DNA of 64,000 nt from Sedimentisphaerales bacterium (GTDB taxonomy: Bacteria > Planctomycetota > Phycisphaerae > Sedimentisphaerales > SM23-30), in NCBI GenBank assembly GCA_963666285.1, contig OY762711.1; one strand, written 5' to 3'. Positions 21,320-31,070 of the stretch are shown one piece after another (within the stretch, counting starts at the first letter, position 1; each line of letters starts with the position of its first letter). The notes under the pieces were generated by a model that saw only the letters and a list, made by a program, of their open reading frames with translations, was not told where the DNA came from and searched no databases. The translations under genes and the position numbers were made by a program.

Positions 21320-23143
21320 TTATCTGTTTTTTTTCACTTTAGTAACTTCTTTGTTAACCGCTTTCAAGAGTTCGAGTATATCCTGTTTGGCCGGTAAACC
21401 GGAGGCGGTAGTGCCGGCATAACGGCTGTGCTCGAACAGTTCGACAACAGTCTTGAACCGCTGGGCGTTGTCCGGGGTGACACCGGCTGCGGCAAGCAGC
21501 TCAAGGCAATCCTGTCCGGTAAGGCTCTGGGCCTTGTGCTTGAGCTTATCGGCAACATATTGACGCAGGATGTCGTTCAGGCCAGCCAGATAATTGTCAA
21601 CGTCGGCTTCGTTGAGCCTGGAGAGACCGGCGGCAGCTTTGCCGAATGCTTTACCGGCCTGTTTGAGAGCGAGCTTTTCCGGGTCTTTGCTGCCGAAAAC
21701 GGTCGAAGCAATCGAAAAGACAAGCAGTATGGTCGGAAGGCCCATAGCGACGAGCCAGCCGGTCGAGCGGAAGCAATCGCTAACAGAAAAAGTGGTATTG
21801 ACCAGCAGTTCATCACCGAAATGATTGGCCGCAATTTTATGTTCGGTTCTTTCCAGTTCAGAGCCGCCAGGCTGGGCAGCTTCGATATTGACAGCACTGC
21901 GAACGTCAGCTTCAACGATCTTGCGGGCAGCTTCGACCTGGATAGATATCGGTTCGGATTTTTCGGTCAGGTATTTTTCGTCAAGGAAATTAAAGTAGCT
22001 CAAAGGAATAGGCGGAATCTCGACGAGCCCATCGTCCGAAGATTTTGTCGGACGAATGGTTTGAGTGAATACGACGCAATCTTTTTTGCGATCAGGAGCA
22101 GAATAATCCGAAGGGATCTTGAAACTTCCGGTCATGAAAGACAGGTCCGGCATTTTGACATCTTCGAGGAAACCGTTGTTACCGGCAACAGTAATCTTGA
22201 GTGTCAGAGGAGTACCGACGGTAATAGTATCAGGCGCGTTGACCAGTTCGGTACTGATAAAGTAGCTACTGCCGACAAGCCCGTAAAAGTCGTTTGGCTT
22301 GCCCTGTTCAGGGATCGGTTTGGCGTTGACAGTGATCGATTCGGCTGCTTCCTGGAAAGGTTTATATTCTTTCTGCATGAATAATCCGCTACCACGGGTG
22401 CCGGAAGGCAAAAGGCATTTGACCCTTGGTGCAATCTCATAAGAGCCAGGCTCATGAGCAATGAGATACTGATCGAAATTCAAAACAGTACAAGCAGAGC
22501 CATCTCTTACGCCTTTTGTAAGAGCATAATTCATGTCGCCGAAAGGAGGGATTTCACCGGATTTTGTAGTGCCATCGGCAGAAGGAGATAAAGGTCCCAT
22601 TCGGAACTTCGACTCGTCTGAAAGGTCTGGAACAATAAATTCAAGATTGCGAATGTCATTATCGGGCAGATACCATTTGAAGGTAAGTGCTATCGGCTGG
22701 CCGATATAAAACTCTTTAGAAGAAGAATTAACGATGAGCTTATAATCGCCGGCGATGTCAGCTTTTTTAACAGTGAAGGTAACCGGTTCGGTCTGGTATT
22801 TATTACCATCCACATAAACATCCAGGGATTTAATGGTGTATGTACCGGCTTTACCGGCGGCCAGGACCCACTTGCCGGTAACTTCCCTGATTTGTACAAG
22901 TCTGCCGGAAGAATCCTGAGTTGTTGATGAATTCATAGAATTGCCGGCAAAGACAGGGTCGAACTCAGAGAACTGAGAGGAGTCAACTCTTGGATACGAG
23001 TTGGCATTTTCGCAAACCACCTGCATATAAAAACTATCACCTTCGTTTATATCGCTGGCGATGCGTACGTAGACTTTGACCTGCGCCACAGCAAAAGTGG
23101 AAACGAGGAGCAAAATCCAAATTATATTTCTTATTCTAATCAT
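21320..23143 (-). CDS. batD: BatD family protein
   Basis: Signal peptide, repeated beta-rich BatD modules (FYGLVG, IPPIPLSYFN), late TM; operon position. Confidence 0.75.
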   Translation of the reverse strand: MIRIRNIIWILLLVSTFAVAQVKVYVRIASDINEGDSFYMQVVCENANSYPRVDSSQFSEFDPVFAGNSMNSSTTQDSSGRLVQIREVTGKWVLAAGKAGTYTIKSLDVYVDGNKYQTEPVTFTVKKADIAGDYKLIVNSSSKEFYIGQPIALTFKWYLPDNDIRNLEFIVPDLSDESKFRMGPLSPSADGTTKSGEIPPFGDMNYALTKGVRDGSACTVLNFDQYLIAHEPGSYEIAPRVKCLLPSGTRGSGLFMQKEYKPFQEAAESITVNAKPIPEQGKPNDFYGLVGSSYFISTELVNAPDTITVGTPLTLKITVAGNNGFLEDVKMPDLSFMTGSFKIPSDYSAPDRKKDCVVFTQTIRPTKSSDDGLVEIPPIPLSYFNFLDEKYLTEKSEPISIQVEAARKIVEADVRSAVNIEAAQPGGSELERTEHKIAANHFGDELLVNTTFSVSDCFRSTGWLVAMGLPTILLVFSIASTVFGSKDPEKLALKQAGKAFGKAAAGLSRLNEADVDNYLAGLNDILRQYVADKLKHKAQSLTGQDCLELLAAAGVTPDNAQRFKTVVELFEHSRYAGTTASGLPAKQDILELLKAVNKEVTKVKKNR

Positions 23144-23207
23144 TTATATTTCTTAGCTATTTAGCTACTAAGCAGTTCAGCCAGATTTTATGGTTGTCAG
23201 AAAGCAC

Positions 23208-24176
23208 CTACCAGTCTTTTTCGACGGTTTTCTGCTGTGCTTTAATTAATTGTAATAACACTTCTCGGCGTTTCTTTTCCTGATCGATTAATTTAGCCGC
23301 CTTTGGGTCGAGTTCAATCTTTTTCTTTATCTCCTGTTTGGGCTCGCCGTCTTTTTGTTCGCCTGGTTTGGCCTGCTGCTGGTCTTTCTGCTGTTCGGAG
23401 CCCTGCTGCTGATCGGTCTGCTGGTCTTTTTCCTGACCTTGCTTTTGTTGATCTTGCTTGTTTTGCTGCTGATCCTGATTTTGCTGCTGTTTGTCGGACT
23501 GCTGAAATTGCTGGTCCTGATTCTGTTGCGATTGCTGGTCCTGCTGCTGATCGTTCTGCTTATCCTGCCGGTCGTTCTTGTCGGAATTCTGGTTTTGCTG
23601 ATCCTGCTGCTGATCTTCTTTATCGTCTTTTTTATCTTTATTGTCTTTATTGTCCTGATTCTGCTGTTGCTGCTGTTGTTGCTTGAGCAGTTCTTTGAGC
23701 TGTTTGATCTTTCGCCTGGTAAGTGAGATATTTTCAGCTGCCTGAGTATCGGATTTATCGAGGTCCAATGCCTTTCGATAGCATCTGGCGCTCTGTTGAT
23801 AGTCCTCGACAGCCTGTTCGGGTTCTTCCTGTTCGGTTTGCTGTGCTTTATTAAAGAAGCAATTCCCCAGATTAAACTGAGCCATTGAGGTCAGTTTATC
23901 ATTTTCACTCTGATTGGCAGCGTCTCTATATTGCTCAATTGCATCGTCTATTTTACCCTGGCGGAACAGGCTGTTTCCTTTATTGAAGCTGATACAGCCG
24001 GTGTCGCTTTCGCGAGCTTCTCGTGCCAGGTTGTATTTATCGATAGCCTCGCCGTAATGTTCTTTTTTATAGGCTTCGTTCCCCTGCCGAACGAGCGATG
24101 AGGGGGAATCGGCAAAACCCGCAGAGCAGAACAAAAATAACAGTAATATTGTATTAACAAAAGTTTTCATAGCCAT
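23208..24176 (-). CDS. batC: BatC-like TPR protein with Gln-rich linker
   Basis: TPRs (FNKGNSLF, FNLGNCFF), Q/D/K-rich region, C-terminal EKDW. Confidence 0.78.
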   Translation of the reverse strand: MAMKTFVNTILLLFLFCSAGFADSPSSLVRQGNEAYKKEHYGEAIDKYNLAREARESDTGCISFNKGNSLFRQGKIDDAIEQYRDAANQSENDKLTSMAQFNLGNCFFNKAQQTEQEEPEQAVEDYQQSARCYRKALDLDKSDTQAAENISLTRRKIKQLKELLKQQQQQQQNQDNKDNKDKKDDKEDQQQDQQNQNSDKNDRQDKQNDQQQDQQSQQNQDQQFQQSDKQQQNQDQQQNKQDQQKQGQEKDQQTDQQQGSEQQKDQQQAKPGEQKDGEPKQEIKKKIELDPKAAKLIDQEKKRREVLLQLIKAQQKTVEKDW

Positions 24177-25223
24177 CTATTTTTTCGATTTCAATTTTTC
24201 GCTAATAAGCATTTCAGCCATTAATAAACCGAGAGCCAGTGCAAAGAAAATCTGGAACTTTTCATCATAACGGACAGTATCCTGAGTTTCCAGCTCTCGC
24301 CGGTCGGCTCCTGCAATAATTTTATTATATATTTTGTCAAGCTCCAGCATTGTGCCGGGAGTATAGGCCCAGTAAGCACCGCCGGGAGTTGCGAGAGCTA
24401 TATCTTTGAGGGAGTCGTCTTCGAGCTTGGTCCATACTTCGGCCCCCTGGTATTTGAGGTATGTCCGGTTGCCGTCTTCATCTTCGATTGGGATACGGGC
24501 ACCCTGGCTGCGGTCGCCGATACCGATAACAAAGATGCGGACGTCATTTTTGGCGGCTGCCTGGGCAGCTTCGAGCGGGAAGCTATCCTGATCTTCACCA
24601 TCGGTTATCATTATGATATCACGGTACTTATCATCGGAATCGGAGAATACATGCTCGGTGGCGGTTCGGATAGCATCGCCGATGAGAGTGCCGCCCTGGC
24701 TGATCTGATCCGGGCTAAGCTCATCAACTATCATGCTAACGAAGGCATAATCGCGGGTAAGCGGGCACTTAATCGAGGTAGTACCGGCAAAGGCAATGAG
24801 TCCTACCCGGTCGCCCTTGAGAGTGCCAAGGAGGTCCTTGATAGTGAGCTTTGCCTGTTCAAGTCGACTGGGGTACAGGTCTTCGGCGAGCATGCTGCGA
24901 GAGACATCGACAAGCAGCACAATATCGCGACCCTTTTCGACTACCTGTTGAGGGTGCGGGTTCCAGCCGGGCTGGGTAAGGCCAATGATAACAGCAGTTA
25001 CAACCAGGATAATGAGGCATGCCTTGAAAACCTGTCGGCCGATACTGACCTGCGAGTTCAGGAGTATATCGAGTCCGGATTCAGCAAACCTGCGTACAGT
25101 TATGCCGCTGCGGTAGAAACGCCAGGCATAAAATGCTACAGCCAGCGGGAGCAGCCATAGCAGCCAAAGCGCGTCGATATTTTCCATTCTGTATTCCGGT
25201 GTGTTCATTTTTAGTATAAGCAC
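24177..25223 (-). CDS. batB: BatB-like VWA domain membrane protein
   Basis: MIDAS DVSRSM, DRVGLIAFAG, CPLT, ITDGED. Confidence 0.82.
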   Translation of the reverse strand: MLILKMNTPEYRMENIDALWLLWLLPLAVAFYAWRFYRSGITVRRFAESGLDILLNSQVSIGRQVFKACLIILVVTAVIIGLTQPGWNPHPQQVVEKGRDIVLLVDVSRSMLAEDLYPSRLEQAKLTIKDLLGTLKGDRVGLIAFAGTTSIKCPLTRDYAFVSMIVDELSPDQISQGGTLIGDAIRTATEHVFSDSDDKYRDIIMITDGEDQDSFPLEAAQAAAKNDVRIFVIGIGDRSQGARIPIEDEDGNRTYLKYQGAEVWTKLEDDSLKDIALATPGGAYWAYTPGTMLELDKIYNKIIAGADRRELETQDTVRYDEKFQIFFALALGLLMAEMLISEKLKSKK

Positions 25224-25246
25224 TTACTATCTAGTATGTTATATCA

Positions 25247-26350
25247 TTATGGCGTACGCCTGAAAATGGTACAGGCAGAAACAACTTCCAGCATAAGAGC
25301 CGCTAAGGCACCATAAGCAAATAAATGAAACCTTTCATCATATTCGTTATAGGATATAGATTGAATTTCACTTTTTTCAAGTTCGTTAATCTTTTCACAG
25401 AAGTCTTTTAGCTCTTTAGCATTGCCGGCCCGGACATATTGGCCTCCGGTTTCGGATGCGATCCATTTGAGCAGTCTTTCGTCAAATTCGGAACTCATCG
25501 CCCTGCCAAAAAATGACCTGGACTGGGCAGCCGGCCCTCCAATGCCTATGGTATATATCTTTATTCCCCACTTTTTGGCGAGTTCAACGGCTTCAGCCGG
25601 ATCCAAGTCGCCCCTGTTTTGCCTGCCGTCAGTAAGCAGAATAATGACTTTGCTATTTATATTAAACTCAGATTTGGCCTTTGAATCTTTTTGGTCCTGT
25701 TCAGAGATAGCTGTCATCCTGGCATTCCTTGCTTCGATTTCCTCTTCTGCCTTGTGGAGCCTGGCAGCGGCAAGGGAAATAGCATCACCAATGGCAGTAC
25801 CATCTAAATCATCATATTGAATCAAATTTATATCTGACAGGAAGGTTACCAGCATATCGGGCGAATGAACAAGCGGGCAGTCGGTTTCAGGAAATCGGGC
25901 AAAGCTGATAAGGCCAATAAGGTCATTGGGCCTACCTTCCAAATCGTTGCCTCCCTTGACAAAATCTTTAAAAACCTCTTTGGCTACCTGCAATCTGTTC
26001 ATGGTATTACCATAATAGTCCATTGGAGCATCCATACTGGTTGATTTATCGAGAACCATTTGCATCACTACGCCATTGGTAGAACTGAGCTTAACTTTTT
26101 TTCCTTTTTGAGGTCTGGCAATGGCGAAAACCAAGAGTACAATGCATGTGATGCGGCACAAAAGCAAAAAATATCTGCCAAATTTCCTCCAACTGGACAT
26201 ACCGTTTTGAGAAGCCGCTCTGAAACCGGATATGTAGGAGAATTTGAGCGAAGCAAATCGCTTTTGGCGCAAAATCAGCCATGCGGCCGGGATAATCAGC
26301 AGCACAAGCAAAAGCAAATACGGGTTTTGAAACTGCAATGTGTCAGTCAC
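25247..26350 (-). CDS. batA: BatA-like VWA domain membrane protein
   Basis: N-terminal FQNPYLL TM, AIARPQ, MIDAS DKSTSM, GTAIGDAI, LLTDG, KIYTIGIG. Confidence 0.82.
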   Translation of the reverse strand: MTDTLQFQNPYLLLLVLLIIPAAWLILRQKRFASLKFSYISGFRAASQNGMSSWRKFGRYFLLLCRITCIVLLVFAIARPQKGKKVKLSSTNGVVMQMVLDKSTSMDAPMDYYGNTMNRLQVAKEVFKDFVKGGNDLEGRPNDLIGLISFARFPETDCPLVHSPDMLVTFLSDINLIQYDDLDGTAIGDAISLAAARLHKAEEEIEARNARMTAISEQDQKDSKAKSEFNINSKVIILLTDGRQNRGDLDPAEAVELAKKWGIKIYTIGIGGPAAQSRSFFGRAMSSEFDERLLKWIASETGGQYVRAGNAKELKDFCEKINELEKSEIQSISYNEYDERFHLFAYGALAALMLEVVSACTIFRRTP

Positions 26351-26664
26351 AATTATAAACCTCTAAAAACTATATATTTATACGTCATCAAACCCCAGTT
26401 ATTTAAACAGTAATTTATACGCAGCAAGTTTCAAAATGGTTCAAGAAATTCAAAGAGAAGGCCTACAAGCTAAGAAAAAATGTGATAAGGACCTGCAAAA
26501 TATTACTTTATAAACAAACAGCCATGATAAAATTTGTTGGTGTTGGCCATATATGATGGTATAATTAAATTGAAGAAAGCACCGAATTATGGGCATGCCT
26601 AATACCATTGATACAAGCAATCCTGTCTTGTACCAACCTGCTGTTAACACCGGACTTATACTTA

Positions 26665-28425
26665 ATGAGCGATATACTTTCGGAAAAGATTGCCAGCTTA
26701 CTTAAGCAGGCGAAATATACACCAGAGGCTAAGAAGCTCGAGCAACTGGATGCATGTGAGCATCTGCTTCGCATCATTTCGCCCGGTAAGAAATATCCGT
26801 TTGAGTTTATCCGAGCCACAATAACAGGGTATCACCCTGAAGGCACATCGCGCGGACTAGAAGAAACCGAGGTCGAGCCGTTAAGCTATGAGACATTATT
26901 GAATGACCTGGTATGTTATGCCGAGCAGATAAGCAAACTGGTAAATACCCCGGCAGAAAAACTAGCGATAAGCTTTGAGACGGTTGAGTCTTTATCGGAG
27001 AAATACAATGTCTCGACGAAAACCGTTCGCCGGTGGCGATCAAAGGGATTATCCGGCCGATATCTAAGGTTTGAGGACGGTAAACAGAAACTGGTATTTA
27101 CCAGTAAGATGGTCGATCACTTTGTAAAGGAAAATGCCGAGCAGGTAAAGAGAGGCACGCAGTTTACCCGCAGCAGCGAGCAGGTCAAGGCCTTGATAAC
27201 AGCAAGACTGGAGAAATGGGCCGACCGATACCCAGATTATCGGCAGGAGGCTATCCGTCGAACGGCGAAGAAATACGGTCGATCGGCAGAAATGGTCCGC
27301 AGTTTACTGGTAACATCAGAAAACAGCGGCCTGATAACAGGTTTTAAGAAGCGGTCAGCGAAGATATCAGGAGAACTAGCTGAGAGTATAATTGCCGAGC
27401 ATAAAAAAGGTGTTTCAGCGGCACAGTTGTCAGAGAAGTACGGCAAACCGCAAAATCTTATCAAGCAGGTAGTAAACCGCCATATAGTTCGAGAACTGCA
27501 AAACACCCCGTTCAATTTCATGGATAGTCCGGACTTTCAAAATAGTGACTCAACAAACAATATTTTAAAGCAGGTTGCAGAGTTAAAGCTCGCAACAGCG
27601 TCAAATGGTGACAATTCAATATCAAACGGCGAAAAACGACGTGCGGAAGCTGACATGCCACGGGCAGCGATCGGTATGCTGGAAATGTATCACAAAGACC
27701 TATCGATACATGAAACATTGTCAGCGGAAGAGGAAAAGAATCTGTTTCGTATTTTCAATTTTTTGAAGTTCCAGGCAGAGCAAATGCGGCTGGAGCTGGA
27801 TGATGAGTTTCCGGACAGCCAGCTGATCCAGAATATAGCTGACAATATGAAGCTGGCAAGGAAGCTTAAGAATAAGCTGGTGCGGCATAACCTGAGGCTG
27901 GTAGTAAGTACCGCAAGGAAGCATGCGGCAGATGATATCGAGATGTCGGAATATATAAGCGAAGGTAATATGGTCCTGATGAGAGCGGTCGAAAAGTTTG
28001 ACTATTATAAAGGTAATAAGTTTTCGACTTATGCTACATGGGCAATCATTAAGCGATTTGCAACATTGCGGGCGACGATGGCCAGGCGTGCCGAGCAGGT
28101 AGTATTTGTTGCAGATGAGATACTGGATATTGCCCATAACCTGCGAACACAGCCGGACCAGATATCGGCAGTGGAACAGGCAAACAAAGATATTGTCAAG
28201 GTTATGAACGAAACACTGGATACGAGGGAACGCCAGATAATATGCGGACATTACGGGGTGAGCATATCGAGTAAGCCGGAAAACCAGAGGCCGCAGAGTT
28301 TGAGACAGATTGCTGAGCTGTTGAATTTGAGTAAGGAGCGGGTAAGACAGATCGAGATGCAGGCATTGAAGAAGCTTAGAGGTGTAATGTCGCCGGAACA
28401 GTTCGATTTTTTGCTGAAGATGTAG
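26665..28425 (+). CDS. sigma-70 family factor with long N-terminal extension (planctomycete type)
   Basis: Region 2 NLRLVVSTARK..SEGNMVLMRAVEKFDY..KFSTYATW; region 4 SLRQIA..LSKERVRQIE; N-terminal HTH TVESLSEKYNVSTKTVRRWR; likely ATG at 26665. Confidence 0.88.
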   Translation: MSDILSEKIASLLKQAKYTPEAKKLEQLDACEHLLRIISPGKKYPFEFIRATITGYHPEGTSRGLEETEVEPLSYETLLNDLVCYAEQISKLVNTPAEKLAISFETVESLSEKYNVSTKTVRRWRSKGLSGRYLRFEDGKQKLVFTSKMVDHFVKENAEQVKRGTQFTRSSEQVKALITARLEKWADRYPDYRQEAIRRTAKKYGRSAEMVRSLLVTSENSGLITGFKKRSAKISGELAESIIAEHKKGVSAAQLSEKYGKPQNLIKQVVNRHIVRELQNTPFNFMDSPDFQNSDSTNNILKQVAELKLATASNGDNSISNGEKRRAEADMPRAAIGMLEMYHKDLSIHETLSAEEEKNLFRIFNFLKFQAEQMRLELDDEFPDSQLIQNIADNMKLARKLKNKLVRHNLRLVVSTARKHAADDIEMSEYISEGNMVLMRAVEKFDYYKGNKFSTYATWAIIKRFATLRATMARRAEQVVFVADEILDIAHNLRTQPDQISAVEQANKDIVKVMNETLDTRERQIICGHYGVSISSKPENQRPQSLRQIAELLNLSKERVRQIEMQALKKLRGVMSPEQFDFLLKM

Positions 28426-28731
28426 GGATTAGCCAGTAGTTAGCAGGGAAAGAAAGAAGGCATAAGGTTAAGTTTGCTCCGCCTTAAATTGATTTTATTC
28501 TGCGAGTTCATTTTAACAATATTGCTTTTTTAGATTTATTACCTGTAATTAATATTAACAATGAAACATTTAATATTTCTCATTTTGAAGATATAAACTT
28601 TTTGAATAGTAATCGTCATAAAATATTAAGCTATAATTAAAAACAAACAAATGTTATAATGCAATTTCTTGGTTGCTAAACTGAAATTTTGAGTATTTAA
28701 CAGGGAATGAGTTCCCGGAGGTCAATGGCAG

Positions 28732-30960
28732 ATGAATTTGAGTAATAGTCTAAATGGAAGAATGGTAGTTATTTCTTTGTGTTTGCTGGCGTTATTTACC
28801 GCCCTGCCGGCTTTGGCAGATGATGGAAAATTGAGCCCGGAAGAACAGCAAAAACAATATGTCGAGAAACTTACCGAAGCGATGGAACAGGGAAATTTTG
28901 AGGCGGCAGCTTCATGGTGCGATAAAATTGAGCTGCTTGGCCAGGAAAAAGATTCCAAGCTTCAGTTTATGATGGGTCAGGCGTATTACAAAACCGAGCG
29001 ATATAAAGAGGCACAGCCATATCTTAAGAAGGCTTATGACATGTACTGCACCAGATATGGCAGGTTGAGTAATAAGACGCTGGAGGTAAGCAGCATACTA
29101 GATCGCTGTAATAATAAACTGCGACCGAAAAATACAATCGTCAGCCTGCCAAATACTGCTAAAAGATTTTCTGATAACCCGCTGACAACCCGCTCAAAAA
29201 AAACACCTAAGTATATGGTAGAAAAGCTAAATGAAGCTCTTGAAGGCAAGATAGAATACAGTGAAGTTAGGCCTTATGTTGACGAGCTTTTGCCACTGGT
29301 ATTGACAAACGATGCTACCTATGAGGCAGTAACAGATTTCCTGATTGCCAGCAAGGATTACGAGGCAGCACAAGGGGTATTGATATCAAAGCTGAAAGCC
29401 GAAGTTGAAAAGTCGTATAAGTACCATCCTAAGGTTCTTGAAATACTTGAGAAGCTGGAAAAGACATTTCCTGAAACAACAATGGATAATGCTTCCCTAA
29501 AACAAGAGATAGAAAAATGGAAAAACCTGATAAAAGATAATTATACAGATGTTGCCCAAAAGACAGAAGAAAACAAACTGATAGAGTTGTTAGTGAATGC
29601 CGAACTGGCAATAGAAAAAGAAAATACGATAAAAGCCCTGACATACTGCAGCCAGCTGGACAAAACAGAGATAAAAGAACCGGAGAATCTGCTAAAAATC
29701 GGCGATCTATACCGCAAGCTGGGCTATGATAATAAGATCGAAGAATATTACTGTAAATATTTGAATGCAATAGACAGTGAAGTGCCGCCTGTGCCGGAAA
29801 AGGAATATATGAATATGCTTAACTGTCTGAACAATCTATTTGATATTAAAAAGGAATATCAAAAGGCGGAAATAATAAGTGCCAAACAAGCAGCATACTA
29901 CGAAAAGGTAAAAGGACCACAAGATCGATTTACACTACTGGCCCGGAAACAGATGGAGAAATATCGAAACCTGGCAGCGGCAAAGTCAAAAGAGCAAGCA
30001 AATGAAGAAGAGACGGAAGACGAACCCGCAGCCGGTGGTGCAGACCCGCAAGAGATAAAAGCCAGGTTTACTGTACTGCGTCAATACATAAAAAGCGGTA
30101 ATAAAGCAGAAGCCGATAAGGCAGCCAAAGAGCTGGAATCGCTGGTCGAGGGTGATCCGCATAATTTATATATGCTGGGCCTGGGATATTATTCGAATAA
30201 GAATAATGATAAGGCCGCAGAGATACTGGCAAAAGCAGTCGCAGAATATAACAAGCAATATGAGTATGACAACTATAAGACATCGCAGGCATTAAAAAAA
30301 CTTATCGATTTATATATTGATAAAGAACAATTTACAGAAGCGGCACAACATAGCAGGCAGCTGCTGGCGATTTATAAAACCAAATGGGGCAGCGACCATA
30401 AGAATACGGTAAAAGCCCGGAAAGAACTGGAAGAGCTGGAAGGGAAAATCTCCGACTCGAAGATCGCATTAGTCGGAAAAGAAGAGCAACCATCCAGGCC
30501 GGGTCAGCAAGATCGAGCCCCAATGTCAAATATCAGAAGGCAAACTATGATGGGCGGAATAACATCAGCAGAAGATGCGGCAAAGAATTTTGTCCTGGCA
30601 GGCTTTCAAGATGATCTGGAAGACTATATCGCCGTATGTCTGCCGAATCCAGATATGTATATCTTAAACCTGGAATCTTCGGAAGCAATAGACCCGGCGC
30701 TGGCGAAGTTAACCAAGAAAGATCTAAAGGCAGTGGAATGCAAGCCGGGTGAAACCACAGTATTTCCAGACGGAACCAAGTTCACATTCAATTATGGTGA
30801 CGGCTGGGACGGGCGAAAGCTATACCTGGTATATTTTAGCTTTGCACCTAACCCACTGCCGGTATGGGTACACAAGATAGACTCTAATCGCTGGGCAGCA
30901 GATGCAGCTCCATATATACAGCTGACAAAAAATGTCTTAGAACAGAACAGTGAACGCTAA
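28732..30960 (+). CDS. Secreted tetratricopeptide-repeat protein
   Basis: Signal peptide (LPALA-D), TPR-like units (MGQAYY..A..Y.KKA; LGLGYY..AAEILAKA), unknown C-terminal domain. Confidence 0.7.
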   Translation: MNLSNSLNGRMVVISLCLLALFTALPALADDGKLSPEEQQKQYVEKLTEAMEQGNFEAAASWCDKIELLGQEKDSKLQFMMGQAYYKTERYKEAQPYLKKAYDMYCTRYGRLSNKTLEVSSILDRCNNKLRPKNTIVSLPNTAKRFSDNPLTTRSKKTPKYMVEKLNEALEGKIEYSEVRPYVDELLPLVLTNDATYEAVTDFLIASKDYEAAQGVLISKLKAEVEKSYKYHPKVLEILEKLEKTFPETTMDNASLKQEIEKWKNLIKDNYTDVAQKTEENKLIELLVNAELAIEKENTIKALTYCSQLDKTEIKEPENLLKIGDLYRKLGYDNKIEEYYCKYLNAIDSEVPPVPEKEYMNMLNCLNNLFDIKKEYQKAEIISAKQAAYYEKVKGPQDRFTLLARKQMEKYRNLAAAKSKEQANEEETEDEPAAGGADPQEIKARFTVLRQYIKSGNKAEADKAAKELESLVEGDPHNLYMLGLGYYSNKNNDKAAEILAKAVAEYNKQYEYDNYKTSQALKKLIDLYIDKEQFTEAAQHSRQLLAIYKTKWGSDHKNTVKARKELEELEGKISDSKIALVGKEEQPSRPGQQDRAPMSNIRRQTMMGGITSAEDAAKNFVLAGFQDDLEDYIAVCLPNPDMYILNLESSEAIDPALAKLTKKDLKAVECKPGETTVFPDGTKFTFNYGDGWDGRKLYLVYFSFAPNPLPVWVHKIDSNRWAADAAPYIQLTKNVLEQNSER

Positions 30961-31005
30961 AGCAAGAGCGAGCATATTTTACATTCTTTCGATTTGGCAA
31001 TAACA

Positions 31006-31045
31006 AAACCGGCCATTGAACAGCAAGCAGCTTAATGGCCGGTTT
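31006..31045. terminator. Bidirectional terminator between convergent genes
   Basis: AAACCGGCCATT pairs with AATGGCCGGTTT. Confidence 0.7.
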
Positions 31046-31070
31046 GAAATATTGTTTGTTTAATATAATG

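Noticed and set aside
23303..23726. Leu-rich 'membrane' ORFs on the plus strand
   Set aside because: Antisense shadow of the CAG-rich Gln linker of batC.
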